A DNA stretch of 64,000 nt from Eledone cirrhosa (Eukaryota), in the NCBI GenBank assembly GCA_964016885.1, contig OZ024740.1, positions 37,076,001 through 37,140,000 on the forward strand, read 5' to 3'. Each line of letters starts with the position of its first letter. Within the stretch, counting starts at the first letter, position 1. This document shows, in pieces, positions 50,470 to 61,066 of the stretch. The notes under the pieces are model-generated. The model worked only from the letters and a program-made list of their open reading frames with translations. It did not search any database and was not told where the DNA came from. The translations under genes and the position numbers were made by a program.

Positions 50470-53400
50470 TGGTGGATATATATCTTTATGGAATCGCTCA
50501 CATGGTGGATATATATCGTTATGGAATCGCTTCCGTAAGTTTTTGATTTTTACTTATTTAAAACAACTGTGATAGAATAATTCTTATTACAAATGCAAGC
50601 CATAACGCATTACTTTACGACATAGGGCCCCAATATTTAATATTTAATTTTGGATCAGAAATGTTATAGTCGAAAAGGAGGAAAATGGCAAAATGGCTAA
50701 ATAGCTAAATAGCTAAGTGGACAGACAGCAAATAATTTCACCACCAACAACACCACCAACACCAACACCGCCACCATCACCACTACCACGCCAAAAACTC
50801 TAGTCAAGTTACCTTAACTTCTATTTCTACTTCAACTTCAACACCATCGCTACAGTACTACGATCACATCACCACCACCACTGCCTCATTATCTCTACCG
50901 CCACTACTCGCTCCCACTACTTCCTGCTGAGTACTACTAGCACAGCAACACCACCACCACGACCACTGCCTCATTATCACTACCGCCGCTATTCTCCCCA
51001 CTACCTCCTGCTAAGACATGCATCGTAGTGTCCCCACTAAAAGAGGAAGGCATCAAAAGATATAAATAGACTGATTTGATGACCCGGTCAAAAAATCAAA
51101 AAACCAAAAATCAAAATCAAAACAGCACAGCAACATAAAGAAAAGAAAAATGAAAAGAAAAACAGACAGACAGAGAAGGAAAAAAGTCAGACAATCAAAC
51201 ATTACATTACAATGAAACTTATGCTTATTCTTTTGGTGTTTTTTTTACCTATTTGTTTGTTTGTTTATTTATGTTCGTCTACAGCGTGATAGTGCCACAC
51301 TAAAATCACCGGGGTGATGACATCACTGGAGGTGATGAAATCACCGGTGGTTATGTAACCATACATTCACCAATCCTCGATAAGAGTGTTTAAATGTCGA
51401 ACCTAAACAGTTCGAATAACGGTGAAGTGGAGACTGGAATGTCATGTGACAGACTCTCACCCAGCAGGTGCTCCCTGGCTCAGCAGCAGGGACCTGGCTG
51501 TCAACCAAATACTGCTGGTGTCGGAGGAAGAAGAAGAAGAAGAAGAAAAGGGACCAGAACCAACTGGACGAAAGAATTGAATAGAACTGTTATCCAATGT
51601 TACCTGAAGAATAACCCCAAGGAGAAAGTCTATAGGAAACGGATGCATAACATCTGGAACGAGATTGGTCTATTTAAATTAGATGAACAAAAATTGGCCG
51701 GGCAGGCTCGGGTAATAAGAACTAATGGATGGATAAGTGAGCTGGAACTGGAGGAACTGAGCAGAGAGATTAGGTTGGAAATGGAGAGTAGAGTATGCCA
51801 GGCAAACGAGCCAGTGGGAAATTAAGGTGAAGAGGTTGAGAGAACGGAGGAACCATCCGAAGCAGACAATGATCTGAATGCTGAAATAAATAATGCCTGG
51901 GACAAAGATACGGCCATTGAGGAGATGAATGCTGACAGACTAGAACAAGATTTGGTTGATATCCTAAACTTAGTGGTAGATGAATTGAACAATGATAGTG
52001 GGAAACCTATGAACCTAAGATTTGTAGAAAAGTTAAAAGAAACAACGGCTAAGGTAAACAGAGTCATCCCATACCTTGAGGCGAGGAGCCTTCACCAGTG
52101 CAACAATATCCTCAAAGTAACAGCAAATGCGGTGAGGAAATTACTTGGCATAAAAGCGAGAGGAAACAACAAACAAGAAAGATCAGAACCTTGGTGGAAG
52201 AAACGACTGAATGGTCAAATCAGGGAAATGAGAAATGACATTGGAAAGCTTGAGTCCCTACTGAATGGGACACTAAAAAACATAGACACTAAAAATAGAC
52301 TGGAAATAAAGTACAAAACTAGGAGGAAAAAGCTAAATATTATCATAGAGGAACTGAAGCAACGCATTGTAGCAAAGAATGCAAAAATTAGGCGATACGA
52401 GTGCAGAGTCAGTCAGTATAGACAGAACCACATGTTTGACAACAACCAGAAGATGCTGTTTGGACAGCTTGAAGGGAAAGAAAGAGGCAACGACTTGATC
52501 CCTGAGGCGGAACAAACTAAGACATTCTGGAGAGGAATATGGGAGCAGGATATTAAACATAATGACCAGGCAGTGTGGATTGAGACAGTACAAAAGGAGA
52601 TTAGTGAACAGGCACACCAACAAACTGATTTGAGTATCACAGTTGAAACTCTTAAGGGGCAAACCAAAAAACTAACCAACTGGAGATCACCAGGCCCAGA
52701 TAGTGTGCAGGGGTATTGGATTAAATATATAACATCCCTCCACCCGAAACTGACAACCATGTTAAATGACTGCTTGATGTCAGGTGAGGTACCAGAGTGG
52801 TTGACAAAAGGTACCACAGTTCTGGTAATGAAAGACCGAATCAAGGCTAATGATGTTACCAACTATAGACCTATCACATGTCTGTCCGTAATGTGGAAAC
52901 TGTTGACAAGCATTATGTCTGAGGAAATCTACCATCACCTCCACACAAACAACTTGTTACCGGACTAAGGATGCCGAAAGAAGTCCCGTGGTACAAAGGA
53001 CAAGTTGCTTATTGATAAGATGGTAATGAGGAATTGCAAGAGGAGACACACTGGTCTTGCCATGGGATGGATAGACTACAAAAAGGCATTTTACATGGTA
53101 CCTCATTCTTGGATAACCAAAAGCCTAGAGATCTTTAAGGTGGCAGATAACATCAGACAGTTGTTGGGCAAAAGTATGAAGTCCTGGAAAACAGAGTTAA
53201 CTTCAGCTGGAGAATCCTTGGGAGGCGTGAAGATCAAGAGAGGTATCTTCCAGGGAGATAGTCTGTCCCCTATGTTGTTTGTCCTTGCCCTGATGCCCCT
53301 GACCATTATACTGCGAAAAGTGAGAGCAGGATACAAGTTGGGAAAGGGAGAGCTTACCATCAATCACCTCCTCTTCATGGACGATCTTAAGCTCTTCGGG

Positions 53401-54890
53401 AAGAGTGAGAAGGAGTTGGATGTGCTTGTTGACACTGTCCGTATTTTCAGCAATGATATATGTATGCAATTCGGTATTAGTAAGTGTGGAGTCCTTGTGA
53501 TGAAGAGAGGTAAATTGAGCAGAAGCAACGGAATCCAGGTACCAACAGGTGAGATGATAAAGGAAATTAACACTGAAGAAGGGTACAAGTATTTGGGTGT
53601 TCTGGAGGCTGATAACTTCAAGAACAAAAATATGAAGGAATTGATAAGATCTGAATACATTCGGAGAGTAAGGAGCGTATTAAAGTCACATCTGAACAGT
53701 AGGAATGCCATAAGTGCAGTAAATTCCCGAGCTGTGTCTATTATTAGGTACAGTGCGGGAATTCTGAGATGGAATGTTGCTGAACAAAAAGAAATGGATA
53801 GGAAGACTAGGAAGCTATTGACTATCTACAACATGTTCCACAAGAGGAGTGATGTCGATAGACTCTACTTAAGGAGATCTGAAGGTGGAAGAGGTCTTAT
53901 CAGCATAGAGGACTGTGTTCAGATGGAGAAAAACAACCTACACAAATACGTGACTGATAGTAAGGAGCCAATGCTCAGAATTGTACTGAAGGAGAGGACA
54001 ATAGACCAGGGGATGTCCAAGGAGGAAATAACAACAAGGAGAAAGAGCAGCCTTCATGAAAAATCCCTTCATATTACCTTCTTTGAGAAAACTGAATTCA
54101 GAGATCCACAGACATGGAACTGGTTGAAAAGAGGAGACCTTAAAAAGGCTACAGAAGGAATGTTAATGGCTGCGCAAGAGCAGGCCCTTAAAACGAAGTG
54201 GGTGAAACACCATATTTACAAGGAGGAGGCTAGCCCACTGTGCAGGATCTGTGGAGAGAGAGAGGAGACTGTGGCTCACATTGTATCCGAGTGTAAACAC
54301 CTAGCCCAGACTCACTATAAGGGCTGGAGACATGATGTGATGGGCAGGGTGATTCACTGGCACCTATGCAAAGTAAACAATTTACCACATTCTGAGAAGT
54401 GGTATGAGCATAAGCCAGAGTCGGTGATAGAAAACGATCAGGTGAAGGTGCTGTGGGAATTTAGGATACAGACGGACAAGAAACTGGAACACAATAGACC
54501 TGACCTGGTGGTTTTGGACAAGGAAAAAAGACCGTGCCTGATTGTGGATGTGGCCTGCCCATTCGACACGAAAGTGCAAGAGAAGGAGAGGGAGAAAATT
54601 AACCGATACCAGGACTTAAAGTGGGAGGTAAAAAGGATTTGGAACTGCCATGAAGTCAAAGTGGTCCCGATTGTCATAGGCGCACTAGGTACTATCGCAA
54701 AATGTTTCCAGGGATGGTTAAAGAAAATTGGCCCCGCCACGCTTTTTGGAACGCTTCAAAAGGCATGCTTGCTGGGAACAGCAAGAACCCTCCGATACGT
54801 CCTGAATATCTGAGGCTGCAGGTAGTGGCTTGATATTCATTTCAACAAACTTTCCAGTTAACTAACATCAATGACTGAGACTCAAAGAAC
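50469..54890 (+). mobile_element. R4/Dong-like family B, copy 2, apparently full length
   Basis: ~0.9 kb 5' UTR homologous to 61370-62390; single long ORF with two lesions; (AAT)26 tail at 54891-54968. Confidence 0.92.
51394..54813 (+). pseudogene. Dong-B2 ORF: Myb-like N-terminus, RT, CCHC finger, restriction-like endonuclease
   Basis: NWTKELN..YRKRMHNIW; [27 protein letters not shown]; CRIC..H..C, RHD, RPD..DVACP..K. Stops at 51825 and 52968 are absent from copy B3. Confidence 0.92.
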
Positions 54891-54969
<79 letters not shown>

Positions 54970-55211
54970 TTTTCTTTATTAACCACAAGGGTTCACATAA
55001 AGTAGACATTAAGGACAGTACAGGACAATACAGGACGGTACAAATGGGCATTTCTGCGTGTAAAAAAACAGAGGTTGAAATAAAATAACAAAGAAAAATT
55101 CCCCAATAGGGGGGAGACTTCCAAGGGACATTTGTGGAGAAAGCCCATTAAAAGACCACAGTGGCCCTGACCACCAGGGCAAGTGCCCTCTCCCAGTTTT
55201 CCACCTTTAAT

Positions 55212-58200
55212 TTACAGACACATACTCAGAGAAGGCCCATTCATTCGGGCCATACTTGCTTCTCTCACCCATCTTTCAACAAAATGCTGGGAAGAGAGCA
55301 CTTCCCTCTCTACCCTGATTTTCCTTTTCAAATGAAATTTGAAAAAGTTAATCAGGGCATCACCGAAGAGGTAAGTGATCGTCTTCAGCCCTTTCAAACG
55401 TGTCCACCATACTATCTCTTTCGCCCTGGCCACCAGACAGATAAAAACTGCCTGCCCTTCCAGGCTAAAGGAAGGGGGCGGGGCAATCCTCACGATGGAC
55501 TCAGCTGATAGCTGGATAGGTCCTACACGTGACAGCAGGTGTTCGACATAAACCCACAAGTCAGCAATGCTCGGACACTGGACGAGTGCGTGCAGGACGG
55601 TTTCGTCGCCCTGCGCGCATCTCGGACATGCCCGGCTGACGGCACCTCCATGCCTGTAGAGTTTATCCCGAACTGGCAAAGCTCCTCGGTAGCACTGCCA
55701 GGCCAGGGATTTCTGGAAGTTGTCCATAGGCCCCGGCCCGAAAGTCCTTCCGAAGAGATTGGCTAGTTGATTTTCGTCGACGCCTAGAGTTTCTCCAAGT
55801 ACGTCGTCGCTCTTCCCCTCCACTAATCCCCTATAGAACGCCAAGGTGGTGTTTCCACCGATCACATTGCCCGATTGGTCGAGGGCTGTGAGCGCCTGAA
55901 GACATTCCAGTCTCCAAGCGCTCCCTCTCGGTCTTCGCTTGACCCAGGACTGCAGCTCCGTCAAGGAGACGAGCTGGGGAAAAACGTGTCTTGCAAACGG
56001 CGACCACACCAGATCACCGTCGAGGAAGAGGTGGAGATGTCGTAGCCTGAGCGCGTGTCTGCGCATCATCAGCCACGGCATGCCCAGCCCTCCACGTAGC
56101 GGGTGTTGACAGCAGATGGACCGCCTGACCATCGGAGCGCGTCCCTTCCACAAGAAGCGAAAGAGCAAACGCTCCAGCGCAGTCAGGCGGGGCTTAGGAC
56201 AAGGTACGACGGTCAGGCGGTAGTAGATGACGGATGCGATGTACGCATTCGCCACCTCCGCTCGACCTTTCAGGGATAGCTTCCTCTCGGCCCATTTCTG
56301 GGTGAGAGAAGCCACCCTGCTCGTCACCTCGTCCCAGTTTTTGTCCGTCTGGAGGTCTGGACCGAACCAGACCCCTAGCAATTTAACCGGTCCGTCCGTC
56401 CAGCGCCCGACGACGCTGTTGGACGGCATGGACCTGCCTCTCCAGGTACCGAGCTGCAGGCCCACTGACTTTTCCTGGTTGATCATTGCTCCTGTCACCG
56501 CTTCGTATTCTCTTAGTGTAGTGCCGATCGCCTCGATGTGTTTGGCGCTCGACACCACTACGGTGACATCGTCGGCATATGCTGACACGGATCTTCCGCA
56601 TCCTAGTTCGCGCGGGACCCCCCTCAACGTCTCCAGTTTGTGCAGTAATGGCTCGAGAGTCAATACGTACAATAGGGACGAGAGGGGACATCCTTGGCGG
56701 ACCGAGCGCATGATGTTGAACGGTTCCGAAAGGTGACCGTTCACTCTCACTACAGAGCAGATGTCGCTGTGCATGGCAGCGATCCAGCCTCTGAAGACGG
56801 GCCCAAAGCCAGCCGCCTTCAGGACTGCCGCTAGGTAACGATGGTCGACCCTATCGAAGGCTTTCGACTGATCTAAATTGATCAAAGACCCACCCGTGCC
56901 AGGTTCCTTAGCTACCCTCTCTACGATGTATCGCATGAGGTGGAGGTTGTCGTGGATGGATCTGTCGGGAATGGCGCATGTCTGTGCCTCTCCCACCAGA
57001 CCACCAACGACAAGCGCCAACCTCTTTGCTAGCACCTTGGCCAAAATCTTGAACTCTGTGTTTAGCAGAGTTATGGGCCGGAAATTTTCTATGTTATCCC
57101 CCTTGTTCGGATCCTTTCTCAGCAGCGCCACCGCTCCTCGGCTCACAGAGCTGGGAATTCTCCCGTTCTGTTGCCAGTTGCAGTAGACGTCCGCCAAGAG
57201 GCCTCCGAACAAGTTTGGCATTTGTACGTAAAGTTCATAGGGCAGACCATCCAAACCAGGCGATTTGCCCCTTGTGCAACTAGTCATTGCATCCCGTACT
57301 TCAGCGGTTGTTATCGGCTTTTCGCAACACTCCGCCTCAGTGGCCGAAAGCCACGGCAGTCCGTCGAGGTAGACACTAAAGTCCATCCCTCGATCCGGCC
57401 CGCCACTGCCCCCGAACAGTTGAGCGAAGTGTCGCTGAAAAGCTTCACACATTTGCCCGGGATCGAGTAGCATGCGCCCGTCGTGGTCCACCAAAGACCG
57501 GATCGTGGCTTTGTTGCCATGACGCGCCTCCGCCACTCGGGCCCATTGAACGGCTTTCGTCCCCTCGTGTCTGAGAGCACGCACCCTAGCTCTGACAACG
57601 CAGCCTTCGTGCTTTGCATTGAAGAATTGGTCAAGGGCCAATTTCGCCGCAAGTACGTCGGTCGCGATGCCTTTGCTAAGCGCCTCATCTAATTTTCTAA
57701 CTAATTCTCCCTCTGCTCTATTTTTCTCTATTGCTAAAGTCTTACTAAACCTAATGGACTCTATTCTAATTGCTCTTTTCAGAGCAAACCACCACTTGTT
57801 GTTGACGATGGCCCCCGTCAACGCCCACTTAACTAGTTCGCTAATCCGGTCTCTGTAGGCCTTGCGCGCTGGTAAGGACGCGTTTAGCTTCCAGTAGCCG
57901 GGTCCTCGTCTATGAAGCCTATCTAAGTCAAGCACACAGATCACGAATTTGTGGTCCGTGTAGCTGACTATCTTGAATTGTGGACAGCCTATGCTAGACC
58001 TATCTATTTCCCTACAAAATACTCTATCTAGATATGATCTGGATGACCCTATGCGATTTGTCCAAGTCCACATTGGTACATTCGGGAAATCCATTCGGTA
58101 CCTGTCAGACAGTTCAAAACGTCTGAGCAGGTTGGTGAGACTCTTGCACCCTCCTTCCCTATCCACTAATCCCACACAATCCCAGCGTGCATCTAAGATC

Positions 58201-58631
58201 CCGTTCCAGTCGCCCACTAACACTAAAGAGCGGGACGTTCCAAGAAAGGTCTCCAGACGCCGGAAGAAATCAGGCCGCCCTGCTCCTGTCGGGGCATAGA
58301 CGGCCACTAACCTGAAAGCTTGCCCGTCTCCGCTCGTCACGTCCAGCACCACCAACTTACCTTCTGGGTCCAGGAAGATGGCCCGTATGGCAAGATCCAA
58401 ACCTCTCCGAAAAAGCACAGCAACTCCTCCCCCCGATCCCGGACGGCTGGGAGATGCGTACACATCGTAGCCGCCGAAGATCGGTGCGAAAGCCTGTGCT
58501 TCGGAGATTCTGGTCTCGCTGATGGCCACTACATCTATGTTTAGTGACCTGAGGTCGTTGAGCAGGTGGCCCTGCTTCCATGACGACCCCAAGCCACGCG
58601 CATTTATGCTGCCTATTCTGAGTGAGGTCAT
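55212..58631 (-). CDS. Tx1-A ORF2p, 1139 aa: AP endonuclease + reverse transcriptase + C-terminal zinc motif
   Basis: Uninterrupted ORF; GSINARG, ISET, YAP, GDWN, LDR, TDH, GYWKLN, KSPGLDG, FRPITLLN, QGCPLS, YADD, CPRC..ETVLH..C. Confidence 0.95.
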   Translation of the reverse strand: MTSLRIGSINARGLGSSWKQGHLLNDLRSLNIDVVAISETRISEAQAFAPIFGGYDVYASPSRPGSGGGVAVLFRRGLDLAIRAIFLDPEGKLVVLDVTSGDGQAFRLVAVYAPTGAGRPDFFRRLETFLGTSRSLVLVGDWNGILDARWDCVGLVDREGGCKSLTNLLRRFELSDRYRMDFPNVPMWTWTNRIGSSRSYLDRVFCREIDRSSIGCPQFKIVSYTDHKFVICVLDLDRLHRRGPGYWKLNASLPARKAYRDRISELVKWALTGAIVNNKWWFALKRAIRIESIRFSKTLAIEKNRAEGELVRKLDEALSKGIATDVLAAKLALDQFFNAKHEGCVVRARVRALRHEGTKAVQWARVAEARHGNKATIRSLVDHDGRMLLDPGQMCEAFQRHFAQLFGGSGGPDRGMDFSVYLDGLPWLSATEAECCEKPITTAEVRDAMTSCTRGKSPGLDGLPYELYVQMPNLFGGLLADVYCNWQQNGRIPSSVSRGAVALLRKDPNKGDNIENFRPITLLNTEFKILAKVLAKRLALVVGGLVGEAQTCAIPDRSIHDNLHLMRYIVERVAKEPGTGGSLINLDQSKAFDRVDHRYLAAVLKAAGFGPVFRGWIAAMHSDICSVVRVNGHLSEPFNIMRSVRQGCPLSSLLYVLTLEPLLHKLETLRGVPRELGCGRSVSAYADDVTVVVSSAKHIEAIGTTLREYEAVTGAMINQEKSVGLQLGTWRGRSMPSNSVVGRWTDGPVKLLGVWFGPDLQTDKNWDEVTSRVASLTQKWAERKLSLKGRAEVANAYIASVIYYRLTVVPCPKPRLTALERLLFRFLWKGRAPMVRRSICCQHPLRGGLGMPWLMMRRHALRLRHLHLFLDGDLVWSPFARHVFPQLVSLTELQSWVKRRPRGSAWRLECLQALTALDQSGNVIGGNTTLAFYRGLVEGKSDDVLGETLGVDENQLANLFGRTFGPGPMDNFQKSLAWQCYRGALPVRDKLYRHGGAVSRACPRCAQGDETVLHALVQCPSIADLWVYVEHLLSRVGPIQLSAESIVRIAPPPSFSLEGQAVFICLVARAKEIVWWTRLKGLKTITYLFGDALINFFKFHLKRKIRVEREVLSSQHFVERWVREASMARMNGPSLSMCL

Positions 58632-58665
58632 GTTGAAAAGGAGTGGAAAAGATGGGAAAGACCAC

Positions 58666-60624
58666 TTACCTTACTTCTCGTAGGGGAAGGACGGCTTTTC
58701 CATCCTTTTCACTGCTTGTGGCCTCCTCAGGAAGGATGTCCTTATAAATCCTCCTGGAGAGTGCTTGTCGGAAGTCTCCGATGTCTTTGGGGAATTTTTG
58801 TTTTAGTGTCATGTACGTTTTCTGTGTGATGCGAGTGATTTGTATGTGTGGAGGTGGTGTGAATTTTGGGGTTGTTGTGTAGTCTTTTTCTGTGATGCTG
58901 GTGTTGTGTTGGATGTAGTGTAATAATTGCTTGTTGTTCAAATTTAATGCTGTGTAGTGTGTATCGTTTTGGTTGTTTTGTTTTGTTTGCGTTTGTTGTG
59001 GGTTTGTTTCTGTTTCGAATTTTGGTGACTTTTGTGGTGTAGGTGATGGTGGTGCTGGGGATAATGATGGTGATGGTGTTGGTGTTTGGGTTGATGGGGT
59101 TGGTGATGCTGGTGTGGATGGTGGCATATCTGTCCTAACTTTTTTGTTTCTTAGTTTATTTGTTTCCCTCTGTATTTTGTTTTTGGAGGGGGAAGGAAGA
59201 GAATTTTTTCTTTTTTGGTTTCTTTTTTTTTTTCCGGATATCGTTTCCCACTCCTCGTCGTCACAATCTGTCTCCAGTTGTGATAGGCCGGGGAGTGGAA
59301 AATCCTCCACAGCCGTTAGCCTTGGTTGTGGTGTGGTTGATGGTGTAGGCGCTGGTGCTAGTTCTGAAGCGTTGGGTGGTGGTGGTGTTGGTTTTGCTGG
59401 TGGTGGTAGTGGTGTTGGTTTTGCTACTGTTGCTGGGGTTGTTGCTGTTATAGTTGCTTCTGTTGTTGCTGCTACAGTTGTTGCTGCCATCTCTGCTACT
59501 GGTGGTGTTGATTGTTTTGTCACTGGGGTGGGTAGGAGAGGTGGCCTCAACCTTTTAGCCTGAGGGCAGAAAGCCCTTAGGTGAGTTCCTTCACCACAAA
59601 CGACACACCTAGGTCTTCTGCCCTCGACAATTACCGTGAGGTGGCTGCCGTCAGTGAGGTCTATTACCTCTGGGATCTCCTCAATGCTTTTTTGGTCCGC
59701 TTGGATCAGGAGCTCCATCCCAGATCCGGACCAGTTTTCCTGTTTTCTTTTGCTACTGCTATTATTTTCGTGTTGGCTTCGATGCCGGTGAGGACAGCCG
59801 CTATTAGCCAGGGAATTTCGATGGCCGGTGGAACGTGGGTCACCCTGATCTTTACGAGTCTCTGGCCACAATAGCTTGGGACGAGTGTGAGGTCGTCACT
59901 TTTTAATGGAGCCATGGAGTGTTCTCTAGCCTCCTCTGGTGTTTCAAAGAACACATCCACGGTTCCATACTTTTGCCCACGTCTGATGTGGGTTTTTCTT
60001 GCCCACACATGTCCCAAAGCTTTTTGGATTTGGGACTTGGATGCCCGTTCCACTCGGCGCGATTTTACATTTATTGTTCTATACGACACGGTGCACAGGC
60101 GCCGATGCTCCATTTTATTAGGTGGGGGGGGTGAGGCTGACCCTGTACCCATCTTTCTTTACCATTTGTTTGGCATTTTCTAAATCTTCTTGGGTTACCG
60201 TGAACGCTTCGAATTGTTTTGCTACGATGGCGAAACTGAGGGTCGGTTTTATAATGTCATTGTTGTTGTTGTTGCTATCGTTAATATTAATTTTATTTTC
60301 AGTTGTGGTGGTTGTGACGTCAGTCGTCTTTGGTGGGGAAGAGTCCATTTTGCTTGATTTCATTTCGACGTCACGAGTTAATTTATTTTTTTCTTCTTTT
60401 GTTTCTGTTGTCGCGGTGGTGGTGGTGGTGGAGGGTTTAACACCTGCAGTCATTGGTAATGGCGGGAAATGAATGTCTGCCTGAGACAAATTTAAAATAT
60501 TGCTACTGCTTATATTTTTTTTTGTGTTGGCAAACGTAGTAACATTTACAATGGTGGTGTCGGTGTGAGGTGTTATTTTGTGAGGAAGGCTTTCAGCTGC
60601 TTCGTGCAGAGGGGAATTAGCCAT
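58666..60624 (-). pseudogene. Tx1-A ORF1p (CCHC zinc knuckle, Pro/Thr-rich linker), two homopolymer frameshifts
   Basis: Pieces 60118-60624, 59706-60152 and 58666-59871; CVVCGEGTHLRAFC; breaks at G8 (60124-60131) and T runs near 59743-59751. Confidence 0.85.
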
Positions 60625-60852
60625 TTTTTTTCAAAGAAATTTTTGGATAATAATAAAAGTTAAAATTTTGGGCACAAGGCCCCAATCTTTTTGGGTGTCC
60701 TTTTCGGAAAACAATGTATGTGTGCTTATAAACAGTTTACAATAAAATTTTCCATAAATGGCAATTTTTAAACAAACGGAAATAACAAACCTTTGCGGAG
60801 CTCACGATAATACGATTTCCTACGTAGGTCGCCAATAATAATAATAATAATA

Positions 60853-60877
<25 letters not shown>

Positions 60878-60883
<6 letters not shown>

Positions 60884-61050
60884 GGGTCAACGCCAGGATG
60901 GGGCCCGTACAGAAAACAATGTTCATTGGAAGTACCAGGATACTGAAAAAAGTGCTTGACAATTGAAAGTGCCACCTCAGTTTACAGGTTGTAGACAGCT
61001 GGCACTAGAATTACATCACCAACAATAAATGCTGTGCGACAAGCGGATAG
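60878..61050 (+). mobile_element. R4/Dong-like family C, extreme 3' fragment
   Basis: VQKTMFIGSTRILKKVLDN* matches the Dong C-terminus; 3' hairpin; degenerate (AAT)n tail. Confidence 0.7.
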
Positions 61051-61066
61051 TAATAATAATGATAAC

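Larger units (their letters stand above)
54969..60833 (-). mobile_element. Tx1-clade LINE family A, copy 3, full length, youngest-looking
   Basis: 5' end GGCGACCTACG abuts (AAT)n; 3' end CCTTGTGGTTAATAAAGAAAAC(ATT)n; intact ORF2. Confidence 0.95.

Noticed and set aside
51365-51428. HDV-like ribozyme in the Dong-B 5' region
   Set aside because: P3, the P1.1 GG and the catalytic C cannot be placed; reported only as structured RNA.
56227-59563. Many + strand ORFs over Tx1 and - strand ORFs over Dong
   Set aside because: Antisense shadows of TE ORFs with no recognisable motifs.
60671-60681. Tx1-A 5' UTR 11-mer GGCCTTGTGCC identical to the SINE tail
   Set aside because: Short, and altered in the other two copies; may be chance.
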